A DNA stretch of 35,190 nt from Candidatus Rokuibacteriota bacterium (lineage in GTDB: Bacteria > Methylomirabilota > Methylomirabilia > Rokubacteriales > CSP1-6). This document shows, piece by piece, positions 15,905 to 24,670 of this stretch. Position numbers and translations under genes: made by a program. Under the pieces are notes generated by a model. The model did no database searches. It was not told where the DNA came from and saw only the letters and a program-made list of their open reading frames with translations. Every line of letters starts with the position of its first letter. The stretch's first letter is position 1. Where the stretch lies: the NCBI GenBank assembly GCA_016184305.1, contig JACPCX010000190.1:1-35190 (forward strand), given 5' to 3'.

Positions 15905-18256
15905 ATGTCGCTCCGGGATTTGCTCGACGAGCTGCTCACCTCGCTCGAGACGGGCCCTCTCATCACCGCGACGCGGCACTTCGATGCCCGCCCGGCCGTC
16001 TTCGCGCCGTTTCCGCCGTCGCTTGACCCCAGGCTCGTGGAAGCGCTCCGCAGCCGTGGCGTCACGCAGCTGTACTCCCACCAGGCCAGGGCATTCGAGA
16101 TCGCGGCGAAGGGCGAGCACCTCGTCGTCGTGACGCCCACGGCGTCGGGGAAGACGCTGTGCTACAACCTGCCGGTGCTCCAGAGCCTGGTCCAGCAGCC
16201 AGAGGCGCGCGTCCTCTACGTCTTCCCCACCAAGGCCCTGGCCCAGGACCAGCTCGCCGAGCTCGGGGAGCTCGCCAGCACGCTGCCCGACATGCGCATG
16301 TTCACCTACGACGGCGACACGCCGCAGGATGCCCGGCGGGCCGTGCGTGGGCGCGCCAACCTGGTGCTCACCAACCCGGACATGCTGCACTCCGGGATCC
16401 TGCCTCACCACACCAAGTGGCTGAACCTTTTCCAGAACCTCCGCTACGTCGTCATCGACGAGCTGCACGCCTACCGCGGCGTGTTCGGCAGCCACCTGGC
16501 CAACGTGCTGCGCCGGCTCCAGCGCATCTGCCGCCACTATGGCTCCGCGCCGCAGTTCATCATGGCCTCCGCCACCATCGCGAACCCGCGTGAGCTGGCC
16601 GAGCGCCTGACTGGCGGGCCGGTGTCCGAGGTCAGCGAGAGCGGCGCGCCGACGGGCGACAAGACCTTCATCTGCTACAACCCGCCGGTGGTGAACCCCG
16701 AGCTCGGCATCCGCGCGCCCTACCTGGGCGAGGCGGCCAAGCTGGCCGCGCGTGTCCTGAAGAAGAAGATCGCCACCATCGTCTTCTGTCAGAGCCGTCT
16801 CTCCACGGAGGTCGTGCTCGCCACCGTGAAGAAGCTGGTCGAGGACAGGACGGGCGACTCCGGCATCGTGCGCGGCTATCGCGGCGGCTATCTCCCGCTC
16901 CGGCGGCGGGAGGTCGAGCAGGGGCTGCGCTCGGGCCAGGTGCTGGGCGTCGTGGCCACGAGTGCGCTCGAGCTCGGCATCGACATCGGGCATCTGGACG
17001 TCGCCGTGCTGGCGGGCTTCCCCGGCACCATCGCCTCGCTGTGGCAGCAGGCCGGGCGCGCGGGGCGACGGAGCGGCCGGTCGGCCGCGATCCTGGTGGC
17101 CACGAGCGCGCCCATGGACCAGTACCTGGTTGCGCATCCGGACTACCTGTTCGGAGCCTCGCCCGAGCACGCGCGGATCAATCCCGAGAACCCGTTCGTC
17201 CTGGTCAATCACCTGAAGTGTGGGGCCTTCGAGCTGCCCTTCGAGGCGGGGGAGCCCTTCGGCGGGGACGTCTCGGCCCAGCTCGCCGCACTGGAGGACG
17301 CCGGGCTCCTGCACCGTGCCGGCGATCGGTACCACTGGACCTCCGAGACGTACCCGGCCGACCACATCTCGCTCAGGACGGTGACCTCGGACAACTTCCT
17401 CGTGATCGATACCACCGCGCGGGACGCGACGCAGACGAAGCGACGCCAGATCATCGCCGAGGTGGACTGGAAGAGCGCCTTCTCCATGATCTACCCGAAG
17501 GCGATCTACATGGTGGAGAGCGAGCCCTTCGAGGTGCAGGAGCTCCACTACCGCGAGGACGAGGAGAAGGTGGCCTACGTCAAGCGTGTCAGCGTCGACT
17601 ACTTCACCGACGCCATCAGCGCCAAGGGGGTGTGGATCCTCCAGCGCTTCGCCCGCCGTGACAGCCGCGGGCTTGGCGCCGAGCAGGGCGAGGTCCTCGT
17701 GGCCGAGAAGGTCGTGGGCTTCAAGAAGATCAAGATGGGCACGCTCGAGAACGTGGGGTCGGGGGACGTGGAGCTGCCGCAGCAGGAGATGCAGACCACC
17801 GGCGTGTGGCTCACCTTCGACCCGGCCCTGCTCGCCCGCATCTCGCCGAGCCGGGAGGAACTGGTGGACGGGCTCCGCGCGCTCACCTACCTGGTCCATC
17901 ACCTCGCCCCGATCTTCCTCCTCTGCGACGTGAGGGACGTGGGCGCGTGGCTCGGCGACGGCAGGCCGGCCGAGACCGGTGTGGTGGCCACGCGGGAGTC
18001 CACGCGGGCCCGCCTGCTTCACGCCGACGAGTTCACGCCGACGATCTACCTCTACGACAGCCAGCCCGGCGGCGTGGGGCTCGCCGAGCGGATCTTCGAG
18101 GTGCTCCCCGAGATCCTGGGGCACGGCCTCGCGGTGCTCCAGGCGTGCCCGTGCCGTAGCGGCTGTCCGTCCTGCGTGGGTCCCGTGAACGAGGTGGGCC
18201 GGCGCGCCAAGTCCGCGGCCCGAGCCCTCCTGTCCGAGATCGTGAAGCCGGCCTGA
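15905..18256 (+). CDS. mrfA: SF2 DEAD/DEAH-box helicase with C-terminal DUF1998 (MrfA/YprA/SftH/Hrq1-like)
   Basis: PTASGKT, PTKALAQDQ, DELH, SATIANP, TSALELGIDIG, QQAGRAGR, and C-terminal YD..PGG.G..CPCRSGCPSC. Confidence 0.9.
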   Translation: MSLRDLLDELLTSLETGPLITATRHFDARPAVFAPFPPSLDPRLVEALRSRGVTQLYSHQARAFEIAAKGEHLVVVTPTASGKTLCYNLPVLQSLVQQPEARVLYVFPTKALAQDQLAELGELASTLPDMRMFTYDGDTPQDARRAVRGRANLVLTNPDMLHSGILPHHTKWLNLFQNLRYVVIDELHAYRGVFGSHLANVLRRLQRICRHYGSAPQFIMASATIANPRELAERLTGGPVSEVSESGAPTGDKTFICYNPPVVNPELGIRAPYLGEAAKLAARVLKKKIATIVFCQSRLSTEVVLATVKKLVEDRTGDSGIVRGYRGGYLPLRRREVEQGLRSGQVLGVVATSALELGIDIGHLDVAVLAGFPGTIASLWQQAGRAGRRSGRSAAILVATSAPMDQYLVAHPDYLFGASPEHARINPENPFVLVNHLKCGAFELPFEAGEPFGGDVSAQLAALEDAGLLHRAGDRYHWTSETYPADHISLRTVTSDNFLVIDTTARDATQTKRRQIIAEVDWKSAFSMIYPKAIYMVESEPFEVQELHYREDEEKVAYVKRVSVDYFTDAISAKGVWILQRFARRDSRGLGAEQGEVLVAEKVVGFKKIKMGTLENVGSGDVELPQQEMQTTGVWLTFDPALLARISPSREELVDGLRALTYLVHHLAPIFLLCDVRDVGAWLGDGRPAETGVVATRESTRARLLHADEFTPTIYLYDSQPGGVGLAERIFEVLPEILGHGLAVLQACPCRSGCPSCVGPVNEVGRRAKSAARALLSEIVKPA

Positions 18257-18275
18257 GCCCCGCTCCGCGACAGCC

Positions 18276-19496
18276 GTGGCCATTCCCGCCGAGCTTCGCG
18301 ACATCGTACGCCGCATAGAGGGCAGGGCCCGCGCCCCGCGCCCCGGCCGCAGCGGCACCTCCATCGAGGAGGCCGTGGGGGGCGCCGTCGAGGGGACGGA
18401 GCGCGGCCCCCTGCTGGTGGTGCGCCGGAGGTTCCCGCTGGCTCATGTTCACGGGGACCAGTCGCTGGCCGTTCTGCGCCTGGCGGATCCGGTTTGCCTC
18501 GCGCTCCTGGCGCGCGATGGGTTTCCGCCCCCCGATCCCGAGCGCCTGCTCTACCTGGACACCGAGACGACGGGGCTCGCGGGCGGCACCGGGACGTACG
18601 CGTTTCTGGTTGGGGCGGGGTTCGTGGACGGCGCGGAGTTCGAGGTGCGCCAGTATTTCATGCGCGACTTCGACGAGGAACCGGCCCTCCTGGCCGCACT
18701 GGAGGGGCTGTTCCGCGACTTCGAGGGCTTCGTCACCTACAACGGCGCGGGCTTCGATCTGCCGCTGCTCGAGACGCGCTTCGTGCTCGGGCGGCGCCGG
18801 TGGCCGGGCGATCGCTTTCACCTCGACCTTCTCCCCCCCGCGCGCCGGCTCTGGAGCGGGAGATTTGTGGACTGCCGGCTGGGCACGGTGGAGCGACGGG
18901 TGCTGGGCTTTGCCCGCGAGGACGACGTGCCGGGGGCGTTGATCCCGGGGTTGTACTTCGACTATCTGAGACGGAAGCACCCGGGCGAGCTGCCGCGTGT
19001 GTTCGCCCACAACCGCCACGACATTCTCTCGCTGGCGGCGCTGACCGGCTGGGTGGTCGGGGCTCTGACCCGTGCTCCGGACAGCGACCTGCCGGCGGCG
19101 GACCTGGCCGGGCTGGGCCGGCTCTGGGAGTCACGCGATGCCGAGCGGGGCGAGGCGTGCTATCGCCTGGCACTCAGGCTCGGCCTCGAGAGCCCCGGTC
19201 GCGAGCGCCTGCTGGCCCGCCTGGCGGTGGGAGAGAAGCGGCGGGCGCGCTTCCCCGAGGCGCGGGCGCTCTGGGAAGAGATCGTCCGGCTCCAGCACGC
19301 GTTCGACCCGCGCCCCTGGGAGGAAATGGCGAAGATCGACGAGCACCGCCGCCGCGACTTCGCCTCGGCTCACGCCGTCGTGTCGGAGGCGCTCGTCCAG
19401 GCTCGAGGGGCCGGCGCGGCCGAGGCGGTGCTTGACGGCCTGACCTACCGCCTGGGGCGACTCACCCGCCGGCTCGGGGGGGCGCCGGGAAGGTGA
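18276..19496 (+). CDS. mrfB: RNase H-like (DEDD) exonuclease with C-terminal TPR-like region (MrfB/YprB-like)
   Basis: YLDTETTGLAGGTGT, VTYNG..FDLPLL, HLDLL, HNRHDILSL, AK..EH..RD. Lies directly after the DUF1998 helicase. Confidence 0.87.
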   Translation: MAIPAELRDIVRRIEGRARAPRPGRSGTSIEEAVGGAVEGTERGPLLVVRRRFPLAHVHGDQSLAVLRLADPVCLALLARDGFPPPDPERLLYLDTETTGLAGGTGTYAFLVGAGFVDGAEFEVRQYFMRDFDEEPALLAALEGLFRDFEGFVTYNGAGFDLPLLETRFVLGRRRWPGDRFHLDLLPPARRLWSGRFVDCRLGTVERRVLGFAREDDVPGALIPGLYFDYLRRKHPGELPRVFAHNRHDILSLAALTGWVVGALTRAPDSDLPAADLAGLGRLWESRDAERGEACYRLALRLGLESPGRERLLARLAVGEKRRARFPEARALWEEIVRLQHAFDPRPWEEMAKIDEHRRRDFASAHAVVSEALVQARGAGAAEAVLDGLTYRLGRLTRRLGGAPGR

Positions 19497-20517
19497 CCAC
19501 GTGCAGCACATGGGCTTCGGCCCGCACCCGCGTCCCGGTCGAGAACATGGACGAGGACGGCTGAGACGAGTGCAACCGGTGCCCCGAGGGGAGCCGGATG
19601 CAGTAGAGGCTCTCCGAGCCGCGGAAGTAGCGGCGGATGATGACCCCGGTGCCGTCCCGGTGGGGCACGAAGGTGATGTCGTCGGGGCGGATCATGACCT
19701 CCACGCGGTCGCCGGGCTCGAGATCGCCCACGTTGCCGAACACGCCCACCTCCGTGACGATGCCCTGGCTGGTCACCAGGCCAGGCAGGAAGTCGGCGGC
19801 GCCCACGAACTCGGCGATGAACTGCGACGCGGGGTGGTGGTAGATCTCCTCCGGGGAGCCGAGCTGCTCGATGCGCCCCGCGTGCATGACGCCCACGCGA
19901 TCAGCCAGGGTGAAGGCTTCCTCCTGGTCGTGGGTGACGAAGATGGCGGTGGTGCCGGTGTTCCGCAGGATGGTCTCGACCTCGTCCCGCATCTGCGCGC
20001 GAAGGTCGGCATCGAGATTGGAGAAGGGCTCGTCGAGCAGGATGAGAGCGGGCGCCGGGGCGAGCGCCCGGGCCACCGCCACCCGCTGCTGCTGTCCTCC
20101 GGAGAGCTCGTGGGGGTAGCGTGCGCCGAAGCCAGGGAGCCCGACCAGCTCCAGGATCTGGGCGACACGCTCCCGCCGCGGGCCCCGATCCAGGCGATGG
20201 AGGCCGAAGCCCACGTTGTCCTCGACGGTGAGGTGCGGGAAGAGGGCGTAGTCCTGGAAGACGATGCCGACCCCGCGCTCCTCGGGCGGCACGGCGCGGC
20301 CGGGACCCGCCACCACCTGATCGCGGATGGTCACGGTGCCGGCGTCCGGAGCCTCGAAGCCCGCGATGAGGCGCAGGGTCGTGGTCTTTCCGCACCCGGA
20401 GGGACCCAGCAGGGCCAGGATCTCGCCCTGCTCGACCGCGAGGGAGAGCCCGTCCACGGCCGGCGATCCGTCCGCGGCGTAGCGCTTGCTCAGCCGGGAG
20501 AGCTTGAGAAGCTCCAT
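19462..20517 (-). CDS. ABC transporter ATP-binding protein (FbpC/PotA-like, C-terminal TOBE)
   Basis: GPSGCGKTT, VFQDYALFPHL, LSGGQQQRVA, LLDEPFSNLD, VTHDQEEA. Confidence 0.93.
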   Translation of the reverse strand: MELLKLSRLSKRYAADGSPAVDGLSLAVEQGEILALLGPSGCGKTTTLRLIAGFEAPDAGTVTIRDQVVAGPGRAVPPEERGVGIVFQDYALFPHLTVEDNVGFGLHRLDRGPRRERVAQILELVGLPGFGARYPHELSGGQQQRVAVARALAPAPALILLDEPFSNLDADLRAQMRDEVETILRNTGTTAIFVTHDQEEAFTLADRVGVMHAGRIEQLGSPEEIYHHPASQFIAEFVGAADFLPGLVTSQGIVTEVGVFGNVGDLEPGDRVEVMIRPDDITFVPHRDGTGVIIRRYFRGSESLYCIRLPSGHRLHSSQPSSSMFSTGTRVRAEAHVLHVVTFPAPPRAGG

Positions 20518-20519
20518 CG

Positions 20520-21515
20520 TCAGCGGCGCGTGAGCACCTCCGGGTTCACCGGCGTCGGAGGCGTCCTGTCCTGGAGCACGGCCAGGCAGTTCTCCACCGC
20601 GAGGTTCGCCATCTGGATGCGTGTGTCATGGGAGGCGCTGGCGATGTGGGGCGCCAGCACCACGTTGGGCAGGCCGAGGAGCTCCGGGTGCACCTTCGGC
20701 TCGTGCTCGTAGACGTCGAGCCCCGCCCCTGCGATCCAGCCCTCCCTGAGAGCCTGGGCCAGCGCCGCCTCCTCCACGACCGGGCCGCGCGAGGCGTTGA
20801 TCAGGTAGGCGGTCTTCTTCATCAACCTGAGGGTCCGGGCATTGATCAGGTGGTGAGTCTCCGGCAGCAGCGGGGTGTGGACGGTGACGAAGTCCGAGTC
20901 CCGCAGGAGGGTCTCGAGGTCCGCCGCCGAGGCGCGAAGCTCCTGCTCCACCGCGCCCACCGCCGGGCTGGCGTCGTGATAGAGGACGCGCATGTTGAAG
21001 CCGAGGGCGCGTCGGGCCACGGCCCGGCCGATCCGGCCGAAGCCCACGACCCCCAGTGTCTTGCCGTGGACATCGCCGCCGAGCAGGACCATGAGCTCCC
21101 ACTGGGTGAACTTGCCCTCCCGCACGTAGCGGTCGGCCTCGATGAGTCGCCTGGCTGTCGCCATCAGGAGGGTCCAGGTGAAGTCGGCTGTGGTCTCGGT
21201 GAGCACATCGGGGGTATTGGTGACCACCACCCCCCGCCTGGTTGCCGCGGCCACGTCGATGTTGTTGAAGCCCACCGCCACGTTGGAGACCACGCGGAGA
21301 TCCGGGCAGCCGGCCAGGAGGGGCTCGTCGATGGTGTCGGTGATGAGGCAGACGAGCCCGGAGCGCCCCCTGAGCCGGGCCACGAGCTCCTCCCTCGGGA
21401 GGGGCCGATCGCCGCTGTGCAGGTCCACGTCCGCCCGGCTCCGAGCAAGCCGAAGTGACTCCTCCGGGAGAACCCTCGAGATCAGGATTGCCGGCCTGGG
21501 TGCCGTCTCGGCCAT
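20520..21515 (-). CDS. D-isomer-specific 2-hydroxyacid dehydrogenase (glyoxylate reductase/D-glycerate dehydrogenase-like)
   Basis: VAVGFNNID, TNTPDVLTETTAD, GFGRIG, INASRGPVV, LDVYEHEP, PHIAS. AGGAG RBS before ATG 21515. Confidence 0.93.
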   Translation of the reverse strand: MAETAPRPAILISRVLPEESLRLARSRADVDLHSGDRPLPREELVARLRGRSGLVCLITDTIDEPLLAGCPDLRVVSNVAVGFNNIDVAAATRRGVVVTNTPDVLTETTADFTWTLLMATARRLIEADRYVREGKFTQWELMVLLGGDVHGKTLGVVGFGRIGRAVARRALGFNMRVLYHDASPAVGAVEQELRASAADLETLLRDSDFVTVHTPLLPETHHLINARTLRLMKKTAYLINASRGPVVEEAALAQALREGWIAGAGLDVYEHEPKVHPELLGLPNVVLAPHIASASHDTRIQMANLAVENCLAVLQDRTPPTPVNPEVLTRR

Positions 21516-21561
21516 CGTGTTCTCCTGGTCAAGATGTTGATTAACAACACAAACATCCATA

Positions 21562-21590
21562 TTGACTTCGGCAGGGCCTGACCGTATATT
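21562..21590 (+). promoter_or_regulatory. sigma70/sigmaA promoter of groESL
   Basis: TTGACT-17 nt-TATATT immediately upstream of CIRCE. Confidence 0.75.
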
Positions 21591-21615
21591 AGCAGTCGCA
21601 CTCGATGAGTGCTAA
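21589..21615 (+). promoter_or_regulatory. CIRCE element (HrcA operator)
   Basis: TTAGCAGTC-N9-GAGTGCTAA, one mismatch to TTAGCACTC-N9-GAGTGCTAA, upstream of groES. Confidence 0.95.
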
Positions 21616-21678
21616 CGATCCAGTGGCCTCAGGCAGCCACCAAGTCCAACATCTTATCTATCGGGAGGCGAGTTGACC

Positions 21679-21966
21679 ATGAAGATTCGTCCATTGCACG
21701 ATCGCATCCTTGTCAAGCGCGTCGAGGAGGGTGAGGTGAAGAAGGGGGGAATCATCATCCCCGACACGGCCAAGGAGAAGCCCCAGGAGGGCAAGGTGAT
21801 CGCCGTGGGGAACGGCAAGGTGAACGAGGAGGGCAAGAAGATCCCCCTGGACGTCAAGGCCGGCGACCGGATCCTGTTCGGCAAGTACTCCGGCTCCGAG
21901 GTGAAGGTCGAGGACGAGGAGTACCTGATCATGCGTGAAGAGGATGTGCTCGGCATCATCGGCTAG
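21679..21966 (+). CDS. groES: Co-chaperonin GroES
   Basis: [37 protein letters not shown]. Confidence 0.98.
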   Translation: MKIRPLHDRILVKRVEEGEVKKGGIIIPDTAKEKPQEGKVIAVGNGKVNEEGKKIPLDVKAGDRILFGKYSGSEVKVEDEEYLIMREEDVLGIIG

Positions 21967-22047
21967 CCGCGTACCGATCTGCCGTCAACCCGACCGGGCG
22001 GCGCCCGTCCGGTCCATTCCATCGAACAATCGAGGAGGATAGTCACG

Positions 22048-23670
22048 ATGCCCAAGCAGGTGATGTTCAGCGACGAGGGGCGGGCCGCCCTGCTCCGCGG
22101 AGTCAATATCCTGACGATGGCGGTCAAGGCCACGATGGGGCCCAGGGGGCGTAACGTCGTCATCGACAAGAAGTTCGGCAGCCCGACCATCACCAAGGAC
22201 GGGGTGACGGTCGCGAAGGAGATCGAGCTCAAGGACAACTTCGAGGACATGGGGGCCCAGATGATCAAGGAGGTGGCCTCCAAGACCTCGGACATCGCCG
22301 GCGACGGGACGACGACGGCGGCGGTGCTGGCGCAGGCGATATTCCGCGAGGGGCTCAAGAACGTCACCGCCGGGGCCAACCCCATGGGGCTGAAGCGGGG
22401 GATCGACGCGGCCGTCGACGCGGTCGTGGCCGAGCTGAAGAAGATGTCCAAGTCCACCAAGGACAAGAAGGAGATTGCCCAGGTCGCCACCATCGCCTCC
22501 AACAATGACAAGACCATCGGCAGCCTGATCGCGGAAGCGATGGAGAAGGTGGGCAAGGACGGCGTGATCACGGTGGAGGAGTCCAAGTCCGCCGAGACGG
22601 TGCTGGACGTGGTCGAGGGCATGCAGTTCGACCGGGGCTACCTGTCGCCCTATTTCGCCACGGACACCGAGCGGATGGAGTGCGTGCTGGAAGACGCCCT
22701 CGTCCTGATCCACGAGAAGAAGATCAGCGTGATGAAGGACATGCTGCCGCTGCTCGAGCAGGTGGCCCGCTCGGGCAAGCCGTTCCTCATCATCGCCGAG
22801 GACATCGAGGGCGAGGCGCTGGCGACCCTCGTGGTGAACAAGCTGCGGGGCACGCTGCACTGCGCGGCGGTCAAGGCTCCGGGCTTCGGCGACCGGCGCA
22901 AGGCCATGCTGGAGGACGTCGCCATCCTGACGGGCGGCAAGGCGATCACCGAGGACCTGGGGATCAAGCTCGAGAACATCAAGCTCGAGGACCTGGGCAA
23001 GGCGAAGAAGATCGTGGTGGACAAGGATAACACCACCCTCGTCGAGGGCGCCGGGAAGACGGGAACCATCGAGGGGCGGATCAAGCAGATCCGGACGCAG
23101 ATCGAGGACACGACGTCGGACTACGACAAGGAGAAGCTGCAGGAGCGGCTGGCGAAGCTGGCGGGGGGCGTGGCGGTGATCAAGGTGGGCGCCGCGACCG
23201 AGACCGCCATGAAGGAGAAGAAGGCCCGGGTGGAGGACGCGCTGAACGCGACCCGGGCGGCGGTGGAAGAGGGGATCGTTCCCGGCGGTGGCGTCGCGCT
23301 GCTTCGGGCCGCTCTCAGCATCGACGCGCTGGAGCTCGAGGGCGACGAGAAGGTCGGCGCGACCATCGTCAGGCGCGCGCTCGAGGAGCCCATCCGCCAG
23401 ATCGTGGAGAACGCGGGGCTGGAGGGCAGCGTGATCGTGGAGAAGGTGAAGGGGGACAAGGTGGCCACGCGGGGGTTCGACGCGGAGAGCCTGGAGTTCG
23501 TGGACATGATCCAGGCGGGGATCATCGATCCGACCAAGGTCGAGCGCGTGGCGCTGCAGAACGCCGCGTCGGTGGCCGGGCTGCTGCTGACCACGGAGGC
23601 GCTCGTGACCGACCTGCCCGAGGAGAAGCCGGCGGCCGCCCCGGCGATGCCGCACGGGGACATGTACTAG
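22048..23670 (+). CDS. groEL: Chaperonin GroEL
   Basis: [56 protein letters not shown]. Confidence 0.99.
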   Translation: MPKQVMFSDEGRAALLRGVNILTMAVKATMGPRGRNVVIDKKFGSPTITKDGVTVAKEIELKDNFEDMGAQMIKEVASKTSDIAGDGTTTAAVLAQAIFREGLKNVTAGANPMGLKRGIDAAVDAVVAELKKMSKSTKDKKEIAQVATIASNNDKTIGSLIAEAMEKVGKDGVITVEESKSAETVLDVVEGMQFDRGYLSPYFATDTERMECVLEDALVLIHEKKISVMKDMLPLLEQVARSGKPFLIIAEDIEGEALATLVVNKLRGTLHCAAVKAPGFGDRRKAMLEDVAILTGGKAITEDLGIKLENIKLEDLGKAKKIVVDKDNTTLVEGAGKTGTIEGRIKQIRTQIEDTTSDYDKEKLQERLAKLAGGVAVIKVGAATETAMKEKKARVEDALNATRAAVEEGIVPGGGVALLRAALSIDALELEGDEKVGATIVRRALEEPIRQIVENAGLEGSVIVEKVKGDKVATRGFDAESLEFVDMIQAGIIDPTKVERVALQNAASVAGLLLTTEALVTDLPEEKPAAAPAMPHGDMY

Positions 23671-23695
23671 ACCCGGAGCAGGACGGGGCAGCGCG

Positions 23696-23736
23696 CACGG
23701 CCCCTGCCGGCAACGGCAGGGGCCGTGTCATTTTTT
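23696..23736 (+). terminator. Intrinsic terminator after groEL
   Basis: Perfect 14-bp stem CACGGCCCCTGCCG / GCAA loop / CGGCAGGGGCCGTG, followed by TCATTTTTT. Confidence 0.85.
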
Positions 23737-23805
23737 GTCCACGTCTTGACCGCCTCCGGCCCGGCGTTGTACCAGAGGAGATGGAGGTGGTCACGGGTGC
23801 TGCGC

Positions 23806-23834
23806 TTGTCTTGCGGGGCTGGCTCTGGTAACGT
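23806..23834 (+). promoter_or_regulatory. Putative promoter of the rpsF operon
   Basis: TTGTCT-17 nt-TAACGT, with an extended TG (TGGTAACGT). Confidence 0.55.
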
Positions 23835-23861
23835 GAGTCGCTTTCAGATTCGGGTGTTCAC

Positions 23862-24227
23862 ATGAGTGAGGGGGTGAAGCCACTGTATCCGTACGAGATC
23901 CTGGTGATTTTCGATCCACGGCCCACGGACGAGGACATTGCAGCGCTGCTGGCGCGGCTGCAGGAGAACCTCGGCGCTCTGGGCGCGCAGGTCGGCAAGA
24001 CGGAGAACTGGGGCAAACGCCGGTTGACCTACGACATCCGGAAGCAACGCGAAGGGACGTACGCCCTCATCGAGGCCTCCGCCACGCCGGCCGTCGTGAA
24101 GGAGTTCGAGCGGCAGCTCACGCTGAACGAGCAGGTGCTGCGTCACCTCACGACCCGCGTCCCTGTGCGCAAGCGGGTTCGGTCCGCGCCGAAGCCGGAA
24201 GCCCCGGTCGTCGAGGAGGTTATCTGA
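23862..24227 (+). CDS. rpsF: 30S ribosomal protein S6
   Basis: YEILVIFDP, ENWGKRRLTYDIRK..EG.Y, L.LNEQVLR. Start may be ATG 23862, GTG 23874 or CTG 23883. Confidence 0.96.
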   Translation: MSEGVKPLYPYEILVIFDPRPTDEDIAALLARLQENLGALGAQVGKTENWGKRRLTYDIRKQREGTYALIEASATPAVVKEFERQLTLNEQVLRHLTTRVPVRKRVRSAPKPEAPVVEEVI

Positions 24228-24658
24228 TGGCGAGCCTGAACAGGGTGTTTCTCATGGGCAACCTCGTGCGTCCGCCGGAGCTCCGCTACACGCCGAGCGG
24301 GACCGCGGTGGCGGACTTGCGGCTCGCGGTCAACCGCAACTACACCACGCAGAGTGGCGAGAAACGGGAGGAGACCTGCTTTCTCACCGTCGTGGTGTGG
24401 GGCAAGCAGGCCGAGAGCTGCGGAGAGTACCTGGACAAGGGGAGCCCGATCATGGTCGAGGGACGGCTCCAGACGCGCGACTGGGAGACGAAGGACGGTC
24501 AGAAGCGCAACGTCGTCGAGGTGGTGGCCGAGCGCGTGCAGTTCATGGGCCGAACGAAGGCCCCGGCCGCGCCCGGCGCGCCCGGCGCGCCCGGAGCGCC
24601 CGGAGCGCCCGCCGCCGTCGAACCACTGAGTGAAGGGGACGAGGAAGTCCCCTTCTAG
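24227..24658 (+). CDS. ssb: Single-stranded DNA-binding protein
   Basis: LNRVFLMGNL..PELRYTPSG, VEGRLQTR.W, acidic tip DEEVPF. Confidence 0.97.
   Translation: MASLNRVFLMGNLVRPPELRYTPSGTAVADLRLAVNRNYTTQSGEKREETCFLTVVVWGKQAESCGEYLDKGSPIMVEGRLQTRDWETKDGQKRNVVEVVAERVQFMGRTKAPAAPGAPGAPGAPGAPAAVEPLSEGDEEVPF
24569..24610 (+). repeat. 9-bp tandem repeat (GCGCCCGG[C/A]) x ~4.7, encoding (APG)n in the SSB linker
   Basis: gcgcccggc gcgcccggc gcgcccgga gcgcccgga gcgccc. Confidence 0.9.
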
Positions 24659-24670
24659 GAGGATCACGCC

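Noticed and set aside
15905..19496. DUF1998 helicase as part of an anti-phage system (DISARM DrmAB, Druantia, Dpd)
   Set aside because: Helicase and DUF1998 are fused and followed by a YprB-type exonuclease. There is no methylase, PLD nuclease or other defence gene nearby, and the context is housekeeping, which fits MrfAB.
21985..23655. Long antisense and alternate-frame ORFs (e.g. 556 aa opposite groEL, 825 aa opposite the helicase, 650 aa opposite ABC-F, 523 aa at 33270)
   Set aside because: Shadow ORFs expected from high-GC codon bias. They are Arg/Gly/Pro-rich, lack motifs and overlap well-supported genes.
23835..23885. S6:S18-binding leader RNA upstream of rpsF
   Set aside because: I could not identify the conserved CCG-containing stem pairing with the SD. 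A covariance-model search is needed.
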